In this document: piece by piece, positions 1-9,932 of the stretch
Numbering within the stretch: position 1 is the first letter of the stretch
How the letters are laid out: each line of letters starts with the position of its first letter
Source of the DNA: a bacterium
Lineage (GTDB): Bacteria > Oederibacteriota > PGYV01 > Palsa-1178
Assembly: GCA_037138355.1 (NCBI GenBank)
Contig: JBAXIL010000010.1
Location: 1 to 47,849 of the forward strand
Direction: 5' to 3'
DNA: 47,849 nt
Translations under genes and position numbers: made by a program
The notes under the pieces: generated by a model
Seen by the model: only the letters and a program-made list of their open reading frames with translations
Database searches by the model: none
Told to the model about the DNA's origin: nothing

Positions 1-1460
1 TCATCCGAGCCATCCCATGTAACTTGGTTTGGTTCTCCTTGTCCTGAAAAAGTTTTAAAAACTTTGCCATCTAATGTTCCAATCACTATTCTCCAAGCAC
101 CTATTCCATGTAAATCCCGCGCTGATTCTGAGAAAGTTACTGGTACAAGAAGTGTGGTCATAGATCCTGGTGTGACTTCTTTTGGATTTGCATCTCCATC
201 AACAACTGGAGGAGTATTATCAAGAGCAACAATTGCGGAATTTGAATCCGAAATTAAACCGCCACCATAGTCCACAGTTAAAACCGCTCTATAAATGCCA
301 TCTGGACATACTTTCCTGAAATCATTATATCCATTCCAATATATTCTCGACCAAGTTGTTACAGCTAAATTTGATTTCACAGGTATGTTGTCTGAATTAT
401 ATATAGTTAGATGAGCTCTTTTAATTTTTCCTTTTGCCATAAGTTTTGCAATACAAAAAGTGAAGTCAAGATACCTATCGTTGTTTGGAGAAAACACATT
501 TGGAGACATTCTAATTTTAACTTCAGGAGAACCAAATTTATAAGATAATGTAACCCTGTGAGTCAATCCAAGGTCTTCAGTTGCATAAGGCACATAAGCG
601 TAATCAATTGACACGCCTTTAAAATTAAAACCAGCACCTGCAGTAAATTGATTGATGGTGCCGCCTTTCCAGCCAGCTCTCAAAGACAGAACATCAAACA
701 GCGTAAAACCACCACCAAACGCATAATTTATATCATTATCACTGACATATTCTGCATCAGTTTCAAAATTTAGAAATGAGTTAGCATAGCCCAAACCAAG
801 CCTTGCTGTTATCGGCTGCATAAATCCTTGTGTAATGAATTTTGTTTCAAATCCGACATTTTTTAAAACAAGTCCGGCGCTAAGACCCTGTAAAAAACTC
901 ATATCATATATTAAACCTAAATCTACCATAAAAGATGTTGCCGAACCACCTGCCGCTGCTAAAGGATCTATGGCATAATTTAATATTTTAAGATTTGCAC
1001 CCAAGTAAAAATTTTCTGTAAACTCCGCCGAATAACTGGCTATTCCACTAAAAGCATATGGGGTGATAGAACCAAGGACTGTATAGCCCGTAGGCGAAGT
1101 AGCATCAATGGCGGTTTTGTCCATAGAAGGTACGCTCATGTAGTTAAGTGAAAGAGCTAAGTTTCCAAACTCGAAAGGAAGTAAAAGCGAAAGACTTTCA
1201 TAACGAAAAGCTTGAAACCATTCAATATGAGTAAAGGATATTTCATCAAGTAATGACTTAGCTAAACCTGCAGGATTATAAAAAATAGAAGCCACATCAT
1301 CACCTGTGGCAACATAGGCCTCACCCATAGATGCTGGTTTTGCTGGGGGAAGTATTTTTAAATAGTTATTGGATGTAGTTCCAATTTCAGCAGCGCCAGA
1401 AAATAGCGAAACTGCAAAAAATATCCAAAACACTGTTACCAAAATAGCATATTTTTTCAA
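1..1460 (-). CDS. PorV/PorQ (UPF0164)-like outer-membrane beta-barrel fused to FlgD-Ig/CHU_C-like domains; 3' end runs off the window
   Basis: Absent from the ORF track; translated by hand. TTG start at 1460 after a GGGAG SD. Signal peptide, then GTTSNNYLKILPPAKPASMGEAYVATGDDVASIFYNPAGL (PorV/FadL-type N-terminus); the barrel ends IDYAYVPY..LGLTHRVTLSYKF. It continues with SPNVFSPNND..WNGYND..PDGIYRAVL..DNTPP and ..QVTWDGSD (FlgD-Ig-type repeats). Confidence 0.85.
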   Translation of the reverse strand, partial: MKKYAILVTVFWIFFAVSLFSGAAEIGTTSNNYLKILPPAKPASMGEAYVATGDDVASIFYNPAGLAKSLLDEISFTHIEWFQAFRYESLSLLLPFEFGNLALSLNYMSVPSMDKTAIDATSPTGYTVLGSITPYAFSGIASYSAEFTENFYLGANLKILNYAIDPLAAAGGSATSFMVDLGLIYDMSFLQGLSAGLVLKNVGFETKFITQGFMQPITARLGLGYANSFLNFETDAEYVSDNDINYAFGGGFTLFDVLSLRAGWKGGTINQFTAGAGFNFKGVSIDYAYVPYATEDLGLTHRVTLSYKFGSPEVKIRMSPNVFSPNNDRYLDFTFCIAKLMAKGKIKRAHLTIYNSDNIPVKSNLAVTTWSRIYWNGYNDFRKVCPDGIYRAVLTVDYGGGLISDSNSAIVALDNTPPVVDGDANPKEVTPGSMTTLLVPVTFSESARDLHGIGAWRIVIGTLDGKVFKTFSGQGEPNQVTWDGSD

Positions 1461-1682
1461 AAACAGCTCCCTTTTCGCTAAGTGAAATAATTGTTTTACT
1501 GAATTATTATCTTGCCAAATTGCTTGTTCATTGTCAACACATTTCCACAATAAAAAACCCAGTTTCACCAACAAAAGCAAACAACTAATAGTTTCTCATT
1601 ACAATACAGCAATTTCCATGTGTTAATAAAACCCATAAAAGAAAGCACCTTCGTATATATTGCTTACTTTATAATATATTTA

Positions 1683-4187
1683 CTATTTTAATTGCGCGAC
1701 CCAAAGTCTGTCTTTTTCCTCCAAAGATCTCACCCAAAAATTTTTCCATGCTATATAAGCAATTATATCTCCATCATTTGACCATGTTGGAGATTCCCCA
1801 TAAAACTCATAAGGCAATAAATCCCATTTCTCTCCTCCTATGGCATGTACTATTTTAACAACCGTTAGCATAGGTTGAAAATATATCCTCTGATATGTTT
1901 CATCAAATGCAAGTCTATTGCCTTCATCATCCCAGGACATATGTTTTATATTACCTGTAGCTTGATACTGATTCATTGGCTTGGTACCATCATTATTGAT
2001 TACCCATAATTCTTCAAGATTAGTCACTGAATCAAACCAAGCAGATTGCACTGCCTTTTTCTTGACAATAAAAGCTATACGCTCCGAGGTTGGGGCCCAT
2101 TCCAGTTCTGATATTTCATGCTTCGAAGTGTACAAACGCGTCTTAAAATCTCCATCTTTATTTAAACGCCACAAACAACTTTCAGTTTTATAGTTTGCTG
2201 CAGTTACAATTGCTTCTCCGTCATAAGACCATTTTGGCTGTGATAAGCTTTCGCAAGCTTCAACAAAAATTTCTTTATTCTTTTTACCATCTGGATTAAT
2301 TGTCCATATACGCCATATATTTTCTGATTCTGTAAAGTTCAAAGTGACTTTTTTCTTTTTATCTGTGAGCCAGTAAGGAGAAGGCGTAAGCGAATCTCTT
2401 CCCAAAGTTCTTGGCTCAGTGGCACTTGCATTCATTATTATCAAATTGCCCTTCTTAATATATATTACCTTTGACTCCGCAGCATTCCACAGTGGAAAAA
2501 GTGCTTTATCTTTCTTGTTATTTAAATTAAGCTCATGACCATTGTTGCCATCTTCATCTGCAATCTTAAGATAAGTATAACTATCTATCTTCGTTACATA
2601 CAAGATTTTATCGCCTTTAGGTGACCACAAAGGCATTATTTTACTATCACCTTTTGTCACTTTGTCTATAGTCTGTTCCTGAGAGTTAGATGACCATATA
2701 TTATAAACGCCATCTGTATCAACAGCACTGAAAGTAAAATCTTTTCCATTTGGAGCCCAAGCAGTCTTATGCGTTAATGGTTTGCACTCCATATCAATTA
2801 TTTTATTGATATCTGCTATAACTACTTTAAGTTTGCCCACAGGCATATTATTTCTATCAAGCTCTTCCCTTTTCTTGGCATTTAGATTTACTCGTTCATC
2901 CTGCGTTAAGTTAGCTTCTTTTTCCTTATCTTTTTTATTCGCTTCCATCTCCAAAAGTGTCAATGTCAAAGATACTCCCCAAATATTTCTTGATCCGTCT
3001 TTCGTGTCTCCGCCAGAAAATATCAGATAATTTCCCTTGTTATTAAATATCGGAGCGTCAAGATACTGCGGAAGCTTTATTCCTTCAACAGCTTCAGCCA
3101 AGACTTTATCTTCTGGTTTAATAACTTTACTTTCTGTTAAATTTGCTTCTGCCTCAAGCTTTTTTTCTTTACTAATTGGTAAAGCAAAAAAAAGATTATT
3201 TTCAACTACTTCCTGATTTTTTACAGGAGGAAGAGAATTAATACCAATTGAAAGAGAATTCATTATATTAACAGACGAGTCCTTACTATTGCTGTCAAAA
3301 ATATTATATGCAAACGACCAAGAATCGCCAGACCACGCAAGATTTGCTGGTTTGCTTTTATATGCCGGAGTGATTTTTCCGTATAAGGTTACATCAATTG
3401 GGCCGTGGAAAAAAATCGTTGAAGCATAAGCAAGAATAAGCAAAAATACTAATATATTTGCAGTAATTACAGTAAGCCTTCCATTTAATCGGCCATCATC
3501 TTTAAGTGAATCTTTTGTTATAGACATAATAATTAAAATCAGTGAAACAGCCACAAGAATGAATGAAGGTATTGCAAAATAATAAAAAAACAAAAGTGCC
3601 GCAGTGAAGGAAAGTATCGTCGCGAGGAGCATCTCAATATCGGCAATAAACTTATCTTTATTTTTCATCATATAGAATATTGCTTGTATTATCATAACAA
3701 CGGCAACTGCAATAATAACAAAAGTCAAAATAAGTTTATTCGCAGGTAAATCAAACTTCTTGAAAATTTCTCCTATATATGTAATCAGAAGTGCTCCAAA
3801 AACTCCAGAAAGTGCTATCGTGGACATGGTGCGCATTTGATCTTCATTTTTAAATATTTTGCCTATGTATGCTTCAAGAAGCGTAGCAAGCACAAATGCC
3901 AACATACCTATTGCTGCAGGAAGCGGCATAAACTCCTGACCTTTAAAGCCTAAAAATAATCCAAATAGCCCAATCACAATGAGCATAAATTGCAAAATTC
4001 TATTTACAGTGCGTGAATCAAAAAAAGAAGAGTTTGATGTAGCATCTTCATTTTCTTTTCCTACAATTGAATCAGACTCACTTGCTTGATAATCAGTAGG
4101 AACAGCGTTATTCTTTTCAGCCCCAGATTTAGAATTTGGAGTTATATCTTTCGGACTGTTTTTCTTTTCCTTTTCATTTTGAGCCAT
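1683..4187 (-). CDS. Polytopic membrane protein fused to a C-terminal TolB-like (PD40) beta-propeller
   Basis: About 7 hydrophobic helices in aa ~63-260, then repeated WSPxG/WAP/PxWS blades (WAPNGKDF, PLWSPKGDKILY, PKWSYDG, WAPTSERIAF, PTWSNDGDIIAY). Confidence 0.75.
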   Translation of the reverse strand: MAQNEKEKKNSPKDITPNSKSGAEKNNAVPTDYQASESDSIVGKENEDATSNSSFFDSRTVNRILQFMLIVIGLFGLFLGFKGQEFMPLPAAIGMLAFVLATLLEAYIGKIFKNEDQMRTMSTIALSGVFGALLITYIGEIFKKFDLPANKLILTFVIIAVAVVMIIQAIFYMMKNKDKFIADIEMLLATILSFTAALLFFYYFAIPSFILVAVSLILIIMSITKDSLKDDGRLNGRLTVITANILVFLLILAYASTIFFHGPIDVTLYGKITPAYKSKPANLAWSGDSWSFAYNIFDSNSKDSSVNIMNSLSIGINSLPPVKNQEVVENNLFFALPISKEKKLEAEANLTESKVIKPEDKVLAEAVEGIKLPQYLDAPIFNNKGNYLIFSGGDTKDGSRNIWGVSLTLTLLEMEANKKDKEKEANLTQDERVNLNAKKREELDRNNMPVGKLKVVIADINKIIDMECKPLTHKTAWAPNGKDFTFSAVDTDGVYNIWSSNSQEQTIDKVTKGDSKIMPLWSPKGDKILYVTKIDSYTYLKIADEDGNNGHELNLNNKKDKALFPLWNAAESKVIYIKKGNLIIMNASATEPRTLGRDSLTPSPYWLTDKKKKVTLNFTESENIWRIWTINPDGKKNKEIFVEACESLSQPKWSYDGEAIVTAANYKTESCLWRLNKDGDFKTRLYTSKHEISELEWAPTSERIAFIVKKKAVQSAWFDSVTNLEELWVINNDGTKPMNQYQATGNIKHMSWDDEGNRLAFDETYQRIYFQPMLTVVKIVHAIGGEKWDLLPYEFYGESPTWSNDGDIIAYIAWKNFWVRSLEEKDRLWVAQLK

Positions 4188-4238
4188 TATGTCCTCCCAT
4201 AGGTCATATGTTTAATAAATTATTTAGAATTATAATTC

Positions 4239-5174
4239 TTATTTCATTTTATATTGCATTACCATCGACGAACTACCACGAGGATTTAAATCTGCTATCT
4301 TAGAATCAAGCCAAGGGCCAAAACCTTTTTTCTTTCTCTCAGAAATAACTAATGGTCGTCCATGTACCCCTATCATTTCTGCAGTCCCTGCAATTGCATC
4401 ATCTATATTTCCAATCTCATCTATAAGTCCAAGTTCCTTTGCGCGTCTTCCTGTGAAGATTCTTCCATCTGCTACATTTGCCAGCATATAAACCTTAACC
4501 AACTCATCGCGCTTTTTTTCATTTATTTCATTTATCCCAAAAGCCGCAGCCAGCTTGGCCGATCTAACAGACACCACATCATCAACAAACTGATTTAAAA
4601 CGTCCTTTATCATTGAACCCATTAGTAATTTATCTTCTTCATTTACTGGGCGAGAAAACGAACCAGTATCTTTATATTTTCCACTCTTAATTGTTGTAAA
4701 ATCCAGTCCTACTTTTCCAAGTAATTTTTCAGCATTCATAAAATTAATAATAACGCCTATGGAACCTGTTATAGTACCAGGATTGGCATATATTTTGTCC
4801 GCAGCCGATGATATGTAATATCCACCTGAAGCTGCCATGTCAGACATAGAAACCACTACTTTTTTGCCATTTAATTTTATTTTTCTTATAAGCGAAAAAA
4901 CTTCCTGCGAAGCAGCAACTCCACCACCTGGACTGTTTACCCTAAGTACAATTGCCTTAACTGCTGCCATATCATTATAAGTATTTAGTAATTCCATTAC
5001 ATGAGTAGTATCTGCTATTTCTCCATCTATATTAATAAGGGCTATTCTTTTAGGCATAACAGGATTCGCGTTACCTTGTGTAAAAGTTATTATAATCTCT
5101 GCAATTAGAAAAATAATTAATATAGACAACAAAATAATGTAAAATGGTTTTCGCAAAATGAAACTCCTTATCAC
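4239..5174 (-). CDS. sppA: Signal peptide peptidase SppA, short type (peptidase S49)
   Basis: LRVNSPGG, AASGGYYI, TGSIGVI, KSGKYKD and DGRIFTG..A..GLIDEIG motifs; N-terminal TM anchor. Confidence 0.93.
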   Translation of the reverse strand: MIRSFILRKPFYIILLSILIIFLIAEIIITFTQGNANPVMPKRIALINIDGEIADTTHVMELLNTYNDMAAVKAIVLRVNSPGGGVAASQEVFSLIRKIKLNGKKVVVSMSDMAASGGYYISSAADKIYANPGTITGSIGVIINFMNAEKLLGKVGLDFTTIKSGKYKDTGSFSRPVNEEDKLLMGSMIKDVLNQFVDDVVSVRSAKLAAAFGINEINEKKRDELVKVYMLANVADGRIFTGRRAKELGLIDEIGNIDDAIAGTAEMIGVHGRPLVISERKKKGFGPWLDSKIADLNPRGSSSMVMQYKMK

Positions 5175-5213
5175 AAATGATAATTTAAGACATTAAAATA
5201 AGAAATATGCTAT

Positions 5214-5242
5214 ATTTTAATAGTTTTTATGGAATTAGTCAA
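5214..5242 (-). promoter_or_regulatory. sigma70-type promoter for sppA
   Basis: Minus strand TTGACT-17 nt-TAAAAT. Confidence 0.55.
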
Positions 5243-5390
5243 GATTAAAAGCAGTATTGGATGAATTTGATAAATAGAGAACAAAATATGCTAAAATATC
5301 CATATAAACGAAATTATTACTCTAAAAACCCATTATAAACTCAAATCTGTGATAAATCTGGCGCTTATCTTTATTTATAACTCAATAAGC

Positions 5391-6452
5391 TTATTTTGCT
5401 TTTAGCTCAGACATATAAACTTTTTTACCAGTCCTACCTGACTCATAAATTGCTTCAACCATCCACTGTGTTTCAAGTCCAGCATCTTCATTTACATCCA
5501 CAGTAGTATTGTTTAATATAGCATCATAGAATCTTCTAATTTCAATTGAGTGACAATATCCCCAATATTCTTTCCAACCAGCACCATAATCTATAAACTC
5601 GCTTGCCTTTGGCTTTGCTGATTTATGACCGCCGAAAAACTTGTCTTTTATATATACATCTGCTTTATCCTTTACTATCTTAACTTTACCTTTTTCACAA
5701 TGTATTTCCATTACCACATCGTCATCATATGAATAATGACAAATTGTATAGAAGTTTACATACGAGCCATTCTTAAACATTATTACTCCAGCAGCTTCGT
5801 CTTCTACCTGTATTTTCACATGAAGTCTATTAGCAGTAGTTGCGTCCACCCAGTCAATCTCCGAGTTGAATAAATACCTAAGTATATCAAGTGAGTGTAT
5901 TGCTTGATCTATTATAACCCCACCGCCTTCTTTATCTATGGTTCCCTTCCAATCACTTTTTAAATAATAATCATCTGGCTTGCACCAAGTGAGAACAAGC
6001 TTTGCAGATAATATCTTTCCAAGCTCTCCTGAATCTATTGATCTTTTGGCTAATTGAGTGGATGGGTTAAATCTGTTTTGAAATGATATCGCATATTTTA
6101 CTTTTTTTTCTTTGACTAATTTATTTAGCTCTAACGCATCTTTCGCAGAAATAGTCATAGGTTTTTCCTGATACACATGAACTCCGCGATTTATCGCATA
6201 CTCTGACATTTCTTTATGCATATAATGTGGCGTACAGACATGTATAATATCTGGTTTTTCTATGTCTATCATTTGTTTATAATTTGCATAAGTGGCGCAT
6301 TGATATTTGGCACCAGCAGCCATTAGTCTGTCTTGTTTTATATCACAAACCGCTGCAAGATATGCAATATCTTTGCAAGACTGCCTTATGGACTCAGCAT
6401 GCATTGGAAAAATCGTTCCACAACCTATTATTGCTACTTTTAACTTTGCCAT
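5391..6452 (-). CDS. Gfo/Idh/MocA family NAD(P)-dependent oxidoreductase
   Basis: IIGCG Rossmann motif, CTPHYMH, HVYQEKP, GGGVIIDQAIHSLD. Confidence 0.92.
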   Translation of the reverse strand: MAKLKVAIIGCGTIFPMHAESIRQSCKDIAYLAAVCDIKQDRLMAAGAKYQCATYANYKQMIDIEKPDIIHVCTPHYMHKEMSEYAINRGVHVYQEKPMTISAKDALELNKLVKEKKVKYAISFQNRFNPSTQLAKRSIDSGELGKILSAKLVLTWCKPDDYYLKSDWKGTIDKEGGGVIIDQAIHSLDILRYLFNSEIDWVDATTANRLHVKIQVEDEAAGVIMFKNGSYVNFYTICHYSYDDDVVMEIHCEKGKVKIVKDKADVYIKDKFFGGHKSAKPKASEFIDYGAGWKEYWGYCHSIEIRRFYDAILNNTTVDVNEDAGLETQWMVEAIYESGRTGKKVYMSELKAK

Positions 6453-6489
6453 TACTTTGCCTCCACGATTTAAGTGCTTCTTAAATTAA

Positions 6490-7062
6490 TTATTTACCCA
6501 TAAAATGTAAAAAAGAAACTCCAATAAATATACCACTAAGATTTAGTTCATTACTTCCTGAATCTAAACCTGCATATTTCACATTGAAATATCTATATCC
6601 AACTTCTAAACCTGCATAAAATTTTCCTACAAAATTATAGTATAAAGCAGTAGATACTGCAGGTACAAAAGCAGTAGCTTTATAATCAGTTATGCCACGC
6701 CTGTATCTTGCAGAGACAGCATACCCTATTCTTGCCGTTGTCCACCAAAGCAGCTTCTCATCCATTAACTTACTATAGTAGCCAAGCTCTAATGCTGGAA
6801 TTGCTGCGACCAAACGAACATTTTCAGTACCAAAACTTTTATCTTCGATACCTAAGTGATCATATCGCAAACCAGCTATCAGTCCACAATCCAAAGCAGC
6901 ACCTACCGAACCATTAAAGTATGAAACTGTAGAAACACCTGAATTAAAAAGTTTATTATTTGTAAGAACAGCATAATCGTCACCTAAATTCAAATAGCCA
7001 CCAGCAAAAGCATAGGTACCCATTCCCATAACCAACATAGCTAAAACAAACATTTTTCTCAT
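6490..7062 (-). CDS. Small outer-membrane beta-barrel protein (OmpA-TM/OmpW-like)
   Basis: Start moved to ATG 7062 (MRKMF) after a GGAGG SD. Signal peptide ending AFA; amphipathic aromatic strands such as GLEVGYRY and LNLSGIFIGVSF. Confidence 0.7.
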   Translation of the reverse strand: MRKMFVLAMLVMGMGTYAFAGGYLNLGDDYAVLTNNKLFNSGVSTVSYFNGSVGAALDCGLIAGLRYDHLGIEDKSFGTENVRLVAAIPALELGYYSKLMDEKLLWWTTARIGYAVSARYRRGITDYKATAFVPAVSTALYYNFVGKFYAGLEVGYRYFNVKYAGLDSGSNELNLSGIFIGVSFLHFMGK

Positions 7063-7088
7063 AAAACCTCCATTTAATAGAATTAAAA

Positions 7089-7781
7089 TCATAAAATACT
7101 AACACTTAAATATTCATTAATTCCTTTAAAAATTTCAAAATCCACTTTCTTTACTTCGAATCTACATTTGCCAAACTGTCCTTCTTTATTCATTGTATCA
7201 ATTAGATTTGACTTTTCCCAGTAAAGATTTTCAATAGGGAAAATACGAATTTCCTCTTTTGTTATCCTTATTAGTTCTACTAAACAATCAAAATAATAAT
7301 CCAGCGAAACTTCTTTCGAAAACATAAAATTTGAAACAAGCGTAATATCAAATTCTTTATCCGTAAATATCGTAAAAGGCAAATTCGTGTTGATATATCT
7401 ATTTAAGTTACCTTTTCTTATGTCTTCAAAAAAAAGCTTGCTGGTATTTTCTTTATTAGCTTTAAGAGCTAAGTCTTTCTTGTAATAATCCCAGCCTGCA
7501 TCGAATTTGGCATTATGTATTATTTCATACATTTTCGCAATGATAATTTTATGTTTTTTTTCAAGCATATCTGCGGAAAATCCATATTGCAAATCACAGG
7601 CTTTTACATTTAAACCCAAAGAATTCGCTTCGGCCGCAAAAGAGTTATAACCAGCCCCAGCATCAAGAATTGCTGCTTCTTTTAGTTGAGTGAAACGCAA
7701 ATCAAAGATACGACTGTATTCATCAAGAGTGAGTCCAGCAGAGAGAACATCATAAATCTCAGTATTTATGAGCATTGCCAT
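7089..7781 (-). CDS. Class I SAM-dependent methyltransferase
   Basis: ILDAGAGYNSF motif I, ACD motif II, LPF..KEFDITLVSNFMF, ELIRI..EIRIFP. Confidence 0.82.
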   Translation of the reverse strand: MAMLINTEIYDVLSAGLTLDEYSRIFDLRFTQLKEAAILDAGAGYNSFAAEANSLGLNVKACDLQYGFSADMLEKKHKIIIAKMYEIIHNAKFDAGWDYYKKDLALKANKENTSKLFFEDIRKGNLNRYINTNLPFTIFTDKEFDITLVSNFMFSKEVSLDYYFDCLVELIRITKEEIRIFPIENLYWEKSNLIDTMNKEGQFGKCRFEVKKVDFEIFKGINEYLSVSIL

Positions 7782-7805
7782 TGACCTTTATTTAAATACA
7801 CAGAA

Positions 7806-8504
7806 TTAATTCATTTCCCCATTGTATTTACCATCATGTTTCACATTCATGACATCTGTTATTTCTTTGAATGCCTTCTCATATTCTGCTGTTTTTTCAA
7901 TATCATAATAAAAATATATTCTGACGGCCACCTCATCACTAACCAAAGCATTTTTAACTGGCAAATAAAAAGTATCTTCTATATTATCCGGTTTCATACC
8001 ATGTCCTAAAAATTCTACCACGAGGTTTGATTCAAGAGTTCCTTGCATTTTAAAGTTTATTGTCATTGTAAGATTAACTGAAGCATAATCAAGATAATAA
8101 TCATATATTTTATCAATATTATCTATGACCTTATCAAAAATATATTTTAGTTCTGTTGGTGTATAACGATGATAATAATCACTGTCGACTTCTTCCAATT
8201 GGGCATCCACTTCATCCAAAGTTTCTTCAACTGATTTTGGAAACAATGGATCTGTATCTACTTTTGTTTCATCATCAATAGCAGCATATTCTTCAGCTTC
8301 TTCTGGATGCGAAACATTATCAAGTGACAAAAACTTCTTTATATCTTTTAACTCATCATCTTTAGCGTTTTTTAACGCATCACCTAAATCTTCAAGTTCA
8401 ATACAAGTAAGTGAATCTTGATCAATATTAACATTGAGAAAAAACTGATTGATAAACTCCGGAATTAAAGATGCCATTTGTAGTTCAAAATTAAATTTTT
8501 TCAT
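7806..8504 (-). CDS. Acidic hypothetical protein whose start overlaps the end of prfB
   Basis: 232-aa ORF, very D/E rich; 14-nt overlap with prfB. Confidence 0.7.
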   Translation of the reverse strand: MKKFNFELQMASLIPEFINQFFLNVNIDQDSLTCIELEDLGDALKNAKDDELKDIKKFLSLDNVSHPEEAEEYAAIDDETKVDTDPLFPKSVEETLDEVDAQLEEVDSDYYHRYTPTELKYIFDKVIDNIDKIYDYYLDYASVNLTMTINFKMQGTLESNLVVEFLGHGMKPDNIEDTFYLPVKNALVSDEVAVRIYFYYDIEKTAEYEKAFKEITDVMNVKHDGKYNGEMN

Positions 8505-9619
8505 TTGATTTATTCTCCGCTTCCATTTTTAAGTACGCAGTTATATATGGGTCAAGATCGCCATCTAATACTTTATCTACATCAAATCTTTCCAAATCAG
8601 TCCTTAAATCCTTTATCATTTTATACGGATGAAGCACATACGATCTTATCTGACTTCCCCAAGCCATTTCTTTTTTCTCTCCGGCAATCTCTGCTATGTT
8701 ATCTTTATGTTGTTCTTCTTTTAACGCGACAAGCTTTGATTTTAAAACCTTCATGGCCCTTGCTCTATTTTGTATCTGTGACCGCTCTACTTGGCAAGCA
8801 ACTATGACCCCTGTAGGCAAGTGCGTAATCCTTATTGCCGATTCTGTTTTATTTACATGCTGACCACCAGCACCCGAAGCCCTATATGTATCCACTTTCA
8901 AATCTTCTGCTCTTATATCTACCTCAATATCTTCTTCTATTTCTGGAATAATTTCAAAAGAAGCAAAAGAAGTATGTCTGCGCTTATTGGAATCAAATGG
9001 AGATATGCGAACCAACCTGTGTACGCCCTTTTCAGACCTAAAATAACCATAAGCAAAATCGCCTTGCACTTCAAATGTTACACTTTTTAAACCCGCTTCA
9101 TCACCAGGCATAGAATCTGTAATAAATACTTCAAAACCCTTTTTTTCACACCACATTAAATACATTCGCAATAACATTTGAACCCAATCACAAGACTCTG
9201 TTCCACCCGCACCAGCGTGCAAGGTAATTATGGCATTATTCTTGTCATACTTGCCAGAAAACATGAGCTTAGACTCTTCCTGATTAATCAACTTATTAAG
9301 CAAGTTAAATCTGTCAACGAGCTCCTTCTCCAACGAAGCATCTTTATCAGCTTCAAGAAGTTGAATCAAAATATCAATATCAGCAATAGCTGTCTTAATT
9401 TGATTTGTTATATTGAGGGCATTATTGATAATTTTGAGTTCAGCCTGAACGGCTTTTGCATTGTGGGAATCATTCCAAAAGTTTGGTTCTACTGTGCGTT
9501 TTTCAAGTTCATCTTTAGTTACTTTCTTCTTTTCAATGTCAAAGATACACCTCTATCTTCGATGCTCTCTGCTTAATATCAACTATTGCGCCTTTAACTT
9601 CCTTTAAATCCATAGCCAT
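8491..9619 (-). CDS. prfB: Peptide chain release factor 2 with programmed +1 frameshift (about 375 aa)
   Basis: ATG 9619 after GGAGG; 26 codons to CTT TGA C (9544-9538). The +1 frame continues into the track ORF, which has the SPF tripeptide and GGQ motif. Confidence 0.96.
9538..9554 (-). promoter_or_regulatory. prfB frameshift cassette (internal SD-like AGAGGTG-TAT-CTT-TGA-C)
   Basis: Canonical CTTTGAC slippery-stop site with an upstream SD-like element. Confidence 0.93.
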
Positions 9620-9650
9620 GTAATCCTCCAATATTTTCTTTAGCACATAA

Positions 9651-9679
9651 ATAATAATACAGGTCATGATATTTTGCAA
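9651..9679 (-). promoter_or_regulatory. Possible sigma70 promoter for prfB
   Basis: Minus strand TTGCAA-17 nt-TATTAT. Confidence 0.4.
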
Positions 9680-9873
9680 GAAAAATCGTCTAAATCAATA
9701 ATTTTAACATCGTTTCACATTCTATGTTTAATAGCTCATTATGCACATTATTGACAATTTGCTCACGCAAAACCACTAATTCCCTTATTTCAATAATGTT
9801 TATATAATAAAGCCAATAAGTATTCAAGCAAAGTTTAGCTGTTTTAGGTTTTATTATACCAATACATTTAAAA

Positions 9874-9902
9874 TTGACATTTCAGAATGTTTATGTGATA
9901 AT
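9874..9902 (+). promoter_or_regulatory. sigma70 promoter for pheT-zapB-like-zapA
   Basis: TTGACA-17 nt-GATAAT with TGn extended -10; AGGAG SD before ATG 9933. Confidence 0.65.
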
Positions 9903-9932
9903 TTATAAAATTCACATTTTAGGAGATAATAG

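Noticed and set aside
7063..7092. Upstream start of the OMP gene
   Set aside because: The GGAGG SD and signal peptide point to ATG 7062.
9370..9619. prfB as a frameshifted pseudogene
   Set aside because: The break is exactly the canonical CTT TGA C programmed frameshift site.
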